This document shows, piece by piece, positions 18,969 through 27,669 of a stretch of 32,000 nt of DNA. Position numbers and translations under genes: made by a program. The DNA comes from Cupriavidus necator. Lineage in GTDB: Bacteria > Pseudomonadota > Gammaproteobacteria > Burkholderiales > Burkholderiaceae. The notes below the pieces were generated by a model. That model was not told the DNA's origin. It saw only the letters and a program-made list of their open reading frames with translations, and did no database searches. How positions within the stretch are numbered: the first letter of the stretch is position 1; each line of letters opens with the position of its first letter. Location: assembly GCF_016127575.1 (NCBI RefSeq), contig NZ_CP066018.1, forward strand, positions 480,001-512,000, read 5' to 3'.

Positions 18969-21892
18969 ACGAAGGACTCGTGCCCCAGGCCACCCCTGCG
19001 ACCGCGGTCGCGGGCAGCATGCCGCCGCCCGCCGCCGACTGCCTGGTTGCCCGGGTGCTGACACCGCCTGGCCTGCGCTGGATCGACGGCAAGCCGCTGG
19101 CGGCACGCCTGCTGGGCGCGCAGCACGAGGCCGCGCTGGCGCTGCCGGGCGTGCGCGCGGTCGTCATCCGCAACAACTTTGCCGGCGTGGCGGCGGCTTC
19201 CGGCGCACAGGCCGCCAACGCAATCCAGGCGCTGCAGGCACGATGGTCCGCCCCGCCCCGCGCCGACGACGCACCGGTAACGCGCCACGCGCTGGCCCGG
19301 CGCGGCAATGCCGATGCGGTGCTGGCCGGCGCCGACGCGCGCCACACGCAGCACTACCAGTGGCCGCTGGCCGGCACCCGCGGCGAGGCGTATTGCACAG
19401 CCGTCGCCGACTGGCGCGACGGCAAGCTGACCGTGTGGCTGCCGAGCACGCGCCCTGGCGCGCTGCGCGCCGAGCTTGCCGCGCTGCTGGGCATCGCGCC
19501 GCAACAGGTGGTGCTGGCCTGCTGGCAATCGCCCGATGACCGCGCGGACCCGGCGCTGCTCGCGCCGCACGCCGCCGCCGACGCGGCGCTGCTGGCCCAC
19601 GCCGCCGGACTGCCCGTGATGCGTCGGCTGTGTGCCGCCGATGTAGGCCTTGCCGATGCCGCGCTCGATGTGCGCGTCGACACCGCGCTGGCCGGCACTG
19701 CCATCGAAGCCTACGCCGCAACGCTGGCGGGCACCGCCGCCCCGGCCGTACCGCTGGCGCTGTGGCTGACGCATACGGCATCGCCCGTGGCGGACGGCAT
19801 CGATGCCGACCATGCAGGCGCCACCACCATGCCGCCCTATCGCATCCCGCATGTCGACCTGGTTGCGACAGGCAACGCCGCCGCGTTCGATGCCGCGCCA
19901 CCGGCGGCCGCCCGGGCCCAGGTGTTCGCCCGGGAATCCCATCTCGACGAGCTTGCCGCCGCCTCCGGCACCGATCCGGTCGCACTGCGGCTGGCGCATC
20001 TCGACGATGCGCGCGGCACGGCACTGGTACGGCAAGTGGCCGAGCGCGCCGCCTGGACGCCGGCCGCGCCCCGCGCCAACACAGCGGCAGGCAACGTACA
20101 GCGCGGCCGCGGCTTTGCCTATGCCCACACCATCGATCACGAAGCCGGGCAGACCTGGTCGGCATGGGTGGCCGAGGTCGAGGTCGACGGCACCACCGGC
20201 GAGCTGGCGGTCACGCGCGTGACGGTGGGGCATGACAGTGAATCGCTGCCGCGCGCGCAAGCCGCGCCGTCCGCGCGCTCGCTGGAGCTGGCCGTGGCCG
20301 ATGCTGCCCTGCAGCTGACGTCGGCCACGCCCGCCTTCGACACCTGGCCGGCCGAGGCGCCATCTGCCAGCCAGGCGCTGCCGGCCGTGCCGGGCAGCGC
20401 CCTGCCGGAAGTCCGCCTGGCCGGCACGCTCGCCCCGCATGACGCGCTGGCTGCCAGCCCGACCGGCACCATGCCCGCCGCCGCGGCCGTGGCCAATGCC
20501 ATCTACGATGCCACCGGCGTGCGCCTGCGCGCGCCGCCCTTCAGCGCCGACCGCATCCGGCTGGCGCTGGCCGAGGCCAGGCCCGGCAACCAGCGCAGCA
20601 AGCGCGGCTGGATCGCCGCAGCCGCCGCAGCCGCTGCCGGCGTGTGCGCCACGCTGATGCCCTGGCGCGCGCCGATCGCACCGGTGGCGCCGCCCGAGGC
20701 CGGCTTCTACTCCGCCGCCACGCTCGAACGCGGCCGGCTGGTGGCCGCCGCGGGAGACTGTGCGGTTTGCCATACCGCGCCGGGCGGCGCGAAGAACGCC
20801 GGCGGCCTGCCGCTGGAGACGCCCTTCGGCACGGTCTACAGCACCAACATCACCCCGGATGTGCAGACCGGCATCGGCAACTGGTCCTTCGCCGCGTTCG
20901 AGCGCGCCATGCGCGAGGGCATCCACCGCGACGGGCGCCGCCTGTATCCCGCGTTCCCGTACACCGCATTCGCGAAGATCAGCGACGGCGACATGCAGGC
21001 GCTGTATGGGTACCTGATGTCGGCAGAGCCGGTGAAAGCCGAAGTCCCGCAGACGCAGCTGTCGTTCCCCTTCAACCTGCGCCCGCTGCTGGCCGGCTGG
21101 AACCTGCTGTTCCATCGCAACGAGCGCTTTACACCGGACCCGTCGCGCTCCGCGCAATGGAATCGCGGCGCGTACCTGGCCGAAGGGCTGGGCCACTGCA
21201 GCGCCTGCCATTCGCCGCGCAACGCGCTCGGCGGCGAAAAGGGCGGCCGCCAGTACCTGACCGGCGGCAGCGCCGAAGGCTGGGAAGCGCCGCCGCTGAC
21301 CGCGCTGTCGCAAGCACCGCTGCCCTGGACCGAAGCGGCGCTGTTCACCTACCTGCGCGGCGGCTATGCGCCGCACCATGGCGCCGCGGCCGGACCGATG
21401 GCACCGGTGGTCGAGGAACTGGCGCAACTGCCTGAGTCCGACGTGCGCGCGATTGCGCACTACGTGGCCTCGTTCGGCACGCCAGCGCCCTCGCCTGCCG
21501 TACTGGCCGCACAGGCAGCGCAGCTCGAGCAGCGCAGCGCGCAGGCCGCGCGCACCCTGGGCGGTCCCGGCGAACGCCTGTACCAGAGCGCATGCGCGGT
21601 CTGCCACCAGTCGGACCAGGGCATCGCCCAGTTCGGCGTCAAGCCTTCGCTGGCGCTCAATACGAACCTGCACAGCAAGCTGCCGGACAACGTGATCCAG
21701 GTGCTGCTGCAAGGCATGCCGGCACCGCCCAACAGCGAACTGGGGGCGATGCCGGCCTATGCCGACACGCTCGACGACCAGCAGATCGCGCAACTGACGC
21801 AGTACCTGCGCGCGCGCTTTGCGCCCGACAAACCCGCATGGCAGGACCTGGAGAACACCGTCGCGCGCCTGCGCGCGATGCCTGCCCACTAG
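18965..21892 (+). CDS. nicB: NicB-like fusion: truncated and degenerate molybdopterin-subunit-like module, hydrophobic linker, tri-haem cytochrome c module
   Basis: The GTG start overlaps the nicA stop (GTGA at 18965-18968). The N-terminal roughly 545 aa align to residues from about 200 onward of the 759-aa IorB-type protein (CTAVADWRDGKLTVW, GRGFAYAH, AVANAIYDATGVRLRAPPF). There are three CxxCH motifs: CAVCH 20759-20773, CSACH 21197-21211 and CAVCH 21593-21607. Confidence 0.85.
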   Translation: MNEGLVPQATPATAVAGSMPPPAADCLVARVLTPPGLRWIDGKPLAARLLGAQHEAALALPGVRAVVIRNNFAGVAAASGAQAANAIQALQARWSAPPRADDAPVTRHALARRGNADAVLAGADARHTQHYQWPLAGTRGEAYCTAVADWRDGKLTVWLPSTRPGALRAELAALLGIAPQQVVLACWQSPDDRADPALLAPHAAADAALLAHAAGLPVMRRLCAADVGLADAALDVRVDTALAGTAIEAYAATLAGTAAPAVPLALWLTHTASPVADGIDADHAGATTMPPYRIPHVDLVATGNAAAFDAAPPAAARAQVFARESHLDELAAASGTDPVALRLAHLDDARGTALVRQVAERAAWTPAAPRANTAAGNVQRGRGFAYAHTIDHEAGQTWSAWVAEVEVDGTTGELAVTRVTVGHDSESLPRAQAAPSARSLELAVADAALQLTSATPAFDTWPAEAPSASQALPAVPGSALPEVRLAGTLAPHDALAASPTGTMPAAAAVANAIYDATGVRLRAPPFSADRIRLALAEARPGNQRSKRGWIAAAAAAAAGVCATLMPWRAPIAPVAPPEAGFYSAATLERGRLVAAAGDCAVCHTAPGGAKNAGGLPLETPFGTVYSTNITPDVQTGIGNWSFAAFERAMREGIHRDGRRLYPAFPYTAFAKISDGDMQALYGYLMSAEPVKAEVPQTQLSFPFNLRPLLAGWNLLFHRNERFTPDPSRSAQWNRGAYLAEGLGHCSACHSPRNALGGEKGGRQYLTGGSAEGWEAPPLTALSQAPLPWTEAALFTYLRGGYAPHHGAAAGPMAPVVEELAQLPESDVRAIAHYVASFGTPAPSPAVLAAQAAQLEQRSAQAARTLGGPGERLYQSACAVCHQSDQGIAQFGVKPSLALNTNLHSKLPDNVIQVLLQGMPAPPNSELGAMPAYADTLDDQQIAQLTQYLRARFAPDKPAWQDLENTVARLRAMPAH

Positions 21893-22099
21893 GACTAGCA
21901 GACCCGGCGGGGCCGGCTCACCGCGCCTGCCGCATCCACGCTGACCGCACCTACGCCGTGCCTGGCAAGGCGCTTCGCCACCGGGCAGGGAACGTGCATT
22001 CCCGCGCCGGCGCCATGCGCGCCACGCGCGGGAAAACCCCGAGGAGGGAAAACGCAATTCGGCCTTGCCCGCCAGTTTCATGTAGCTTACGCTGAACGA

Positions 22100-22121
22100 T
22101 CATGTAGTGCGCACTACATGA
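22100..22121. promoter_or_regulatory. 22-bp perfect palindrome (candidate operator) upstream of the MFS transporter
   Basis: TCATGTAGTGC|GCACTACATGA. An extra direct copy of the half-site TCATGTAG lies at 22078-22085. Confidence 0.5.
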
Positions 22122-22312
22122 GTGCCGCGTGGCTCGCAGCGGTGCCGCCCCGCACAAGGACGGCGCGCCGCAAGCGGCAGACGAGACAACAAAACTAAAA
22201 GATTGGCCCTTTACATCACCGGAAGCGCTGGCCCGGGGCTTGCATAGTCCCCCGCAGCGCCGACCGGGAGGCCGGGCCTGGACCAACCAAGGGTAGACAA
22301 CAAGGAGTGACT

Positions 22313-22366
22313 ATGTCGTATCAGAACCAAGCAGGTGTTGCGAGCGTGCTACCGGGTCAGTTCTAG
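22313..22366 (+). CDS. possible 17-codon leader peptide (uORF)
   Basis: ATG preceded by AAGGAG with 5-nt spacing. It translates to MSYQNQAGVASVLPGQF and ends in TAG. The only support is the SD sequence and the position in a long leader, so this is a weak call. Confidence 0.25.
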   Translation: MSYQNQAGVASVLPGQF

Positions 22367-22515
22367 CCTCGCCAATTGGAGTACTCACCACGTTTCGTTG
22401 CAATTCGGTGCGATTGCCCGGTGTGATCATCACGCATTAGTCAGTACCGTCTGGCCCTGCTTCGATACGTGTGCGTCCGAGTTCAAGAACCAGCCTATAA
22501 AGACAGGTAGACAAC

Positions 22516-23916
22516 ATGTCGTCATCAATTTCATCCATGGCAACAACGACCATCCCGGAAGTCACGCTAGGCGCGTCCCCACAGCCCAGCGCGCGGGGAG
22601 CGTCGCCTCAAACCATCACGATCGAGCAAGGCATCCGCGCGGCCGGCGTCGGCCGGTTCCAGTATCGGCTCTTCGTCATCTTCGGCCTGGTCTGGCTGGC
22701 TGACGCGATGCAGGTGCTGTCGATCGGCTTCACCGCGCCGTCGATTGCGGCGACCTTTGGCATTCCCGTACCGACCGCGCTGCAGACCGGGACGATGTTC
22801 TTTGTCGGCATGCTGATCGGCGCTTTCGTGTTCGGCCGGCTGGCTGACAGGATCGGCCGCCGGCCCGTGCTGATGATGGCGGTGGTCATCGACGCCATCT
22901 GCGGTGTCGCTTCCGCTTTCGCACCGGACTTCCAGTGGCTGCTGTTGCTGCGCTTCCTGACCGGCATCGGCGTCGGCGGCACGCTGCCCGTCGACTACAC
23001 CATGATGGCCGAGTTCCTGCCCTCGGACCGGCGCGGTCGCTGGCTGGTCCTGCTGGAGTCGTTCTGGGCCGTCGGCACGATCCTGCTCGCCATTCTTGCG
23101 CTGATCGCCGTGTCGCGAGGCAATGATGCCTGGCGGCTGATCTTCCTCGTCACGGGCATCCCGGCCCTGGTCGGCGTGGTGTTCCGCTTCTTTGTTCCCG
23201 AGTCTCCGCTCTACCTGAATAAATCGGGTCGCTCGGCCGAGGCGCGCGCGGTGCTGCAGCGTGTCGCCACCGCCAATCGCGTGTCCGTTGAAATCGGCAA
23301 CCTGGAGCCGCAGCCTATGGAGCGCAAGTCGGTCTTTGCGCTGTTCGCGCGCGGCTGCCGGCGCCGCACCATCTGCCTGCTTGCCGCCTGGGCGCTTATT
23401 TCGATCGCCTACTACGGCGTCTTCGTCTATCTGCCGGTCAAGCTGGCGGGCCAGGGCTTTGGCTTCATGCGCGGCCAGGTCTTCCTGATCGTGCTCGCGC
23501 TGGTGCAGCTCCCCGGGTTCGCGCTGGCCGCGCACGGCGTCGAGCGCTGGGGCCGCAAGCCGACCCTGATCGGCTTCCTGCTGCTCAGCGCGGCAGGCTG
23601 CATGCTCTACAGCCTGGGTACGTCCACCGCGCTTATCGTCGGCTCGACCCTGCTGATGAGCTTCTCGCTGCTCGGTACCTGGGGCGCCCTCTACGCCTTC
23701 ACGCCCGAGGTGTACCCGACTGACCTGCGGGCCAGCGGGATGGGCACTGCGGGTGCGATGGCGCGCTTTGGCGGCCTGTTCGCGCCGTCCATCATTGCAC
23801 CGATCATGGCCAGCCAGTTCACCCTCGCCCTGGCGCTGCTTTCGTCATTTCTTGCCGTGGCGGCGATCGCCATCTACATGGTGGATATCGAGTCGAAGAA
23901 CCGCGCGCTTGACTAG
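22516..23916 (+). CDS. MFS transporter (NiaP/SV2-like; candidate nicotinate importer)
   Basis: 466 aa with 12 predicted hydrophobic helices. MFS motif A-like [11 protein letters not shown] after TM2. The pattern [32 protein letters not shown] resembles the niacin-transporter (NiaP) group as I remember it. It is adjacent to the nic genes. Confidence 0.82.
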   Translation: MSSSISSMATTTIPEVTLGASPQPSARGASPQTITIEQGIRAAGVGRFQYRLFVIFGLVWLADAMQVLSIGFTAPSIAATFGIPVPTALQTGTMFFVGMLIGAFVFGRLADRIGRRPVLMMAVVIDAICGVASAFAPDFQWLLLLRFLTGIGVGGTLPVDYTMMAEFLPSDRRGRWLVLLESFWAVGTILLAILALIAVSRGNDAWRLIFLVTGIPALVGVVFRFFVPESPLYLNKSGRSAEARAVLQRVATANRVSVEIGNLEPQPMERKSVFALFARGCRRRTICLLAAWALISIAYYGVFVYLPVKLAGQGFGFMRGQVFLIVLALVQLPGFALAAHGVERWGRKPTLIGFLLLSAAGCMLYSLGTSTALIVGSTLLMSFSLLGTWGALYAFTPEVYPTDLRASGMGTAGAMARFGGLFAPSIIAPIMASQFTLALALLSSFLAVAAIAIYMVDIESKNRALD

Positions 23917-24118
23917 CGCAAGGCGCCGCCGGACGCTCCCGGCGGTTCAGGGAGCCCGCCGGCGGCGCTGGCGTGGGCGGGTCCCGGAAGCGAAGCCACG
24001 GGCAGGGCGGCCCGCTTCCATTACAATCCGGCTGCAACGGCGCGGCGCGCTGGTCGACCCGATCTCGCCGCCCGCTTCACCTGCTTGCCCCTATCCCGCC
24101 GAGCCCTCGCCGCCAGCC

Positions 24119-24769
24119 ATGAAACAAGACCCGCGCTTTCCCAACCTGTTCATCCTCGACCACCCGCTGATCCAGCACAAGCTCTCGCACATGCGCGACA
24201 AGGAAACGTCGACGCGCACCTTCCGCGAACTGCTGCGCGAGATCACGCTGCTGATGGGCTATGAGATCACCCGCAACCTGCCGCTGACCACGCGCCGCAT
24301 CGAGACGCCGCTGGTGGAGCTGGACGCGCCGGTGATCGCCGGCAAGAAGCTGACCATCGTGCCAGTGCTGCGCGCGGGCGTGGGCATGAGCGACGGCCTG
24401 GTCGAGCTGATCCCGTCGGCGCGCATCGGCCATATCGGCGTGTACCGCGACGAGCAGCACCGCCCGGTGGAATACCTGGTGCGGCTGCCCGACGTGGAGG
24501 ACCGCAGCTTCATCCTGTGCGACCCGATGGTCGCCACGGGCTATTCGGCTGCGCATGCCGTGGATGTGCTCAAGCGGCGCGGCGTGAAGGACGAGGCCAT
24601 CACCTTCGTTGCGCTGGTGGCGGCGCCCGAGGGCGTGGAAGTGTTCCAGAAGGCGCATCCGAACGTGCAGCTGTTCGTGGCCTCGCTCGACAGCCATCTC
24701 GACGAGCACGCCTACATCGTGCCGGGCCTGGGCGATGCGGGCGACCGCCTGTTCGGCACCAAGAACTGA
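24119..24769 (+). CDS. upp: uracil phosphoribosyltransferase
   Basis: [30 protein letters not shown]..., [40 protein letters not shown]. Full-length match to Upp motifs. Confidence 0.92.
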   Translation: MKQDPRFPNLFILDHPLIQHKLSHMRDKETSTRTFRELLREITLLMGYEITRNLPLTTRRIETPLVELDAPVIAGKKLTIVPVLRAGVGMSDGLVELIPSARIGHIGVYRDEQHRPVEYLVRLPDVEDRSFILCDPMVATGYSAAHAVDVLKRRGVKDEAITFVALVAAPEGVEVFQKAHPNVQLFVASLDSHLDEHAYIVPGLGDAGDRLFGTKN

Positions 24770-24896
24770 GTGGCGCGCGGCGGGCTGGCTTGCGCTTGAC
24801 CGGCCTCAATAGTCCGCGCCACAGGGCTCCCTACACTGGCGGCAGGCGCCGGCGAGACCTCGCCGGCGGCCATCGCCAAAGCAAAGGGAGCCAAGC

Positions 24897-25061
24897 ATGG
24901 AAGCCTTCAAGATCCTGTTCAGTACCAGCACCGGCCTGATGAGCCTGGGCGTGATCGTCTTCATCATCGGCATGGGGTGGTTCTTTGCGCGGATGTTCGC
25001 GCGCAAGATGCGCGAGGATGCGGCAGCGGCCAAGGCGCAGCAACAAGCGCAGCGTCGCTAA
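24897..25061 (+). CDS. 54-aa single-pass membrane protein (below the ORF-track cutoff; possibly DUF3149-like)
   Basis: AAGGGAG lies 7 nt upstream of the ATG. MEAFKILFSTSTGLMSLGVIVFIIGMGWFFARMFARKMREDAAAAKAQQQAQRR has one TM helix and a basic tail. A strong terminator follows immediately. Confidence 0.55.
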   Translation: MEAFKILFSTSTGLMSLGVIVFIIGMGWFFARMFARKMREDAAAAKAQQQAQRR

Positions 25062-25062
25062 G

Positions 25063-25091
25063 GGAAAGGGCCGCATCGTGCGGCCCTTTCC
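25063..25091. terminator. bidirectional hairpin terminator
   Basis: GGAAAGGGCCGCA (25063-25075), TCG loop, TGCGGCCCTTTCC (25079-25091). This is a 13-bp perfect stem between the convergent small-protein and DUF853 genes. Confidence 0.7.
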
Positions 25092-25113
25092 GTCATTGCG
25101 TCAGTCCGGGTCT

Positions 25114-26640
25114 TTACTTCTTCTTGCCCAGCAGGCTCCCCAGCACGCCGCGGATCAGCTCGCGCCCGACCTGCGAGCCCACCGTGCGCGCGGCCGACTT
25201 GGCCATCGACTCCAGGATCGAATCGCCGCGGCCGGTCTTGCCGGTGCCCTTGGTCAGCGTGCCGAAGATGTCGCCGGCCGTGCCGAGCCAGCCGCTGTCC
25301 TGCTCGCCCGCTGGCTGCCCCGCCGGCGCGCCTCCGGCGCCCTTGCCGTTGCCATTGCCGACCGTCGCCACGCTGCCGCGCAGCTTTTCATAGGCGGATT
25401 CGCGGTCCACGGTCTTCTCGTAGGTGCCCGCCACCAGCGAACCGGCGATCAGCTGCTTGCGCTCTTCCTCCGTCGCCGGGCCGATGCGGCTGCCCGGTGC
25501 CAGCACCCAGGCGCGCTCGGTCACGCAGGGCGTGCCCTTGGCATCCAGGAACGACACCAGGGCCTCGCCCACGCCCAGTTCGCCGATCGCGGTTTCCAGG
25601 TCCAGCTTGGGGTTGGCGCGCATGGTGGTGGCCGCCACCTTGACCGCCTTCTGGTCACGCGGGGTAAAGGCGCGCAGCGCATGCTGCACGCGGTTGCCCA
25701 GTTGGCCCAGCACGGTGTCGGGGATGTCGATCGGGTTCTGCGTGACGAAGTACACGCCCACGCCCTTGGAACGCACCAGCCGCACCACCTGCTCGATCTT
25801 GTCGAGCAGCGCCTTGGGCGCATCGTTGAACAGCAGGTGGGCCTCGTCGAAGAAGAACACCAGCTTGGGCTTGTCCAGGTCGCCGGCCTCGGGCAGCTTC
25901 TCGAACAGCTCGGACAGCATCCACAGCAAGAAGGTCGCGTACAGCCGCGGCGCGTTCATCAGCTTGTCGGCGGCCAGGATATTGACCACGCCCTGGCCCT
26001 TCTCGGTCTGGATGAAGTCTTCCAGGTTCAGCATCGGCTCACCGAAGAAGACATCCCCACCCTGCGATTCCAGCGCGATCAGCCCGCGCTGGATGGCGCC
26101 GATCGAGGCGGCCGAGATATTGCCGTACTCGGTGGTGAACTGGCCGGCGTTGTCGCCGACGTACTGCAGCATGGCGCGCAGGTCCTTGGCATCGAGCAGC
26201 AGCAGGCCATTGGCGTCGGCAATGCGGAACACCAGGTTCAGCACCCCCTGCTGGGTGTCGTTCAACTCCAGCATGCGCGACAGCAGCAGCGGGCCCATGT
26301 GCGAGACCGTGGCGCGCACCGGGTGGCCCTTCTCGCCGAACACGTCCCACAGCGTGGTCGGGCACGCGCCCCATGCCGGCTCCGGCAGGTTCAGGTCGGC
26401 CAGGCGCTGCTTGAGCTTGTCGGACGGCTGGCCAGCCTGCGAAATGCCGGTCAAGTCACCTTTGACGTCCGCCATGAAGACCGGCACGCCCAGTCGCGAG
26501 AAGCCCTGCGCCAGGGTCTGCAGCGTGACGGTCTTGCCGGTGCCGGTGGCGCCGGTGATCAGCCCGTGCCGGTTGCCCATCTGCGGCAGCAGCACCAGTT
26601 CATGTTCGGCGTTCTTGGCGATGAGGATGGGGTCGGCCAT
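25114..26640 (-). CDS. DUF853 / HerA-like P-loop ATPase (YjgR family)
   Basis: [41 protein letters not shown] (Walker A), [12 protein letters not shown] (Walker B), and a Gly-rich C-terminal tail. Confidence 0.87.
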   Translation of the reverse strand: MADPILIAKNAEHELVLLPQMGNRHGLITGATGTGKTVTLQTLAQGFSRLGVPVFMADVKGDLTGISQAGQPSDKLKQRLADLNLPEPAWGACPTTLWDVFGEKGHPVRATVSHMGPLLLSRMLELNDTQQGVLNLVFRIADANGLLLLDAKDLRAMLQYVGDNAGQFTTEYGNISAASIGAIQRGLIALESQGGDVFFGEPMLNLEDFIQTEKGQGVVNILAADKLMNAPRLYATFLLWMLSELFEKLPEAGDLDKPKLVFFFDEAHLLFNDAPKALLDKIEQVVRLVRSKGVGVYFVTQNPIDIPDTVLGQLGNRVQHALRAFTPRDQKAVKVAATTMRANPKLDLETAIGELGVGEALVSFLDAKGTPCVTERAWVLAPGSRIGPATEEERKQLIAGSLVAGTYEKTVDRESAYEKLRGSVATVGNGNGKGAGGAPAGQPAGEQDSGWLGTAGDIFGTLTKGTGKTGRGDSILESMAKSAARTVGSQVGRELIRGVLGSLLGKKK

Positions 26641-26859
26641 GATGTTCCTGGGGTTTTGAGGTCTGGCACCGCGGGACTCGCCACGGCAGCGGCGCGGGCA
26701 GGCCCGCGTGATAAAATCCTGGGCTGATTATAGCCAGCCGCCAGGCATATCCGTCACCTGGCGCGCGCTGTCCGAGGGCTTTGCCACCCCGGCCACGGCG
26801 CGCATGGCAACCCCGCACAACATCACCGCAGATCACCGCATTCCGCTTCGGAGAGAATC

Positions 26860-27585
26860 ATGGCCGGTCACTCGAAATGGGCCAATATCAAACACAAGAA
26901 GGCCGCCGCTGACGCCAAGCGCGGCAAGATCTGGACCCGCCTGATCAAGGAAATCACCGTTGCCGCCAAGCTCGGCGGCGGCGATGTCGACTCCAACCCG
27001 CGCCTGCGCCTGTCGATCGACAAGGCCATGGACGCGAACATGCCCAAGGACAACATCCAGCGCGCGATCCAGCGCGGCGTGGGCGGCATGGAAGGCGCCA
27101 ACTACGAAGAAATCCGCTACGAAGGCTACGGCCTGGCCGGCGCGGCCATCATCGTCGACTGCCTGACCGACAACCGCACCCGCACCGTGGCCGAAGTGCG
27201 CCATGCGTTCTCCAAGCACGGCGGCAACATGGGCACCGAAGGTTCGGTGGCGTTCATGTTCACCCACTGCGGCCAGTTCCTGTATGCCCCCGGCACGCCG
27301 GAAGACAAGCTGATGGAAGCCGCGCTCGAAGCCGGCGCCGACGACGTCGTCACCAACGACGACGGTTCGATCGAAGTCACCTGCCCGCCCAACGATTTCT
27401 CGGCGGTCAAGGCCGCACTGGAAGCCGCCGGCTTCAAGGCGGAGGTGGCCGACGTGGTGATGAAGCCGCAGAACGAAGTCAGCTTTGCCGGCGACGACGC
27501 GGCCAAGATGCAGAAACTGCTCGACGCCCTGGAAAACCTGGACGACGTGCAGGAAGTCTTCACCAACGCGGTGATCGAAGACTAA
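26860..27585 (+). CDS. yebC: YebC/PmpR-family DNA-binding transcriptional regulator
   Basis: [42 protein letters not shown]...NPRLR is the hallmark N-terminus. SD sequence GGAGAG upstream. Confidence 0.92.
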   Translation: MAGHSKWANIKHKKAAADAKRGKIWTRLIKEITVAAKLGGGDVDSNPRLRLSIDKAMDANMPKDNIQRAIQRGVGGMEGANYEEIRYEGYGLAGAAIIVDCLTDNRTRTVAEVRHAFSKHGGNMGTEGSVAFMFTHCGQFLYAPGTPEDKLMEAALEAGADDVVTNDDGSIEVTCPPNDFSAVKAALEAAGFKAEVADVVMKPQNEVSFAGDDAAKMQKLLDALENLDDVQEVFTNAVIED

Positions 27586-27603
27586 GCTGCAACAAGCCCC
27601 CAT

Positions 27604-27641
27604 CGGCGGCGCCCCGGACACAGCCTAGGCCGCCGCCTTTT
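27604..27641 (+). terminator. possible weak terminator after yebC
   Basis: CGGCGGC (27604-27610) pairs with GCCGCCG (27629-27635) across an 18-nt loop, followed by CCTTTT. The long loop makes this uncertain. Confidence 0.35.
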
Positions 27642-27669
27642 AGTATGTGTTTCTTTTCTGGCAGTGATC

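Noticed and set aside
21963-21978. A sigma54-like TGGCA-N6-TTCGC element after nicB
   Set aside because: The -12 element reads TTCG where TTGC is required at the consensus spacing, so the conserved GC dinucleotide is out of register.
21999-22053. A TTCCCGCG/CGCGGGAA inverted repeat (21999-22034) and a GGGAAAAC direct repeat (22030-22037 and 22046-22053) after nicB
   Set aside because: These are short GC-rich matches with an 18-nt loop and no U-run. They are within what chance produces in this composition, and I could not tie them to any gene signal.
18779-22081. A 1100-aa ORF on the minus strand covering the whole nicA/nicB region
   Set aside because: It is antisense to ORFs with clear Fe-S, Mo-subunit-like and CxxCH motifs. 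Its translation is Arg/Gly/Ala-rich low-complexity sequence, typical of off-frame ORFs in high-GC DNA. I recognise no family motifs in it.
21951-22286. A 111-aa minus-strand ORF in the nicB-transporter spacer, and the 22335..22703 plus-strand ORF
   Set aside because: Neither has an SD sequence or a recognisable motif. The second overlaps the real transporter start out of frame. The region is better explained as promoter plus leader.
25114-26640. The HerA-like DUF853 ATPase as a possible phage-defence component
   Set aside because: It is a single gene with no nuclease, sirtuin or other partner gene. It is flanked by housekeeping genes and terminators. The YjgR-type family is broadly conserved as a core gene.
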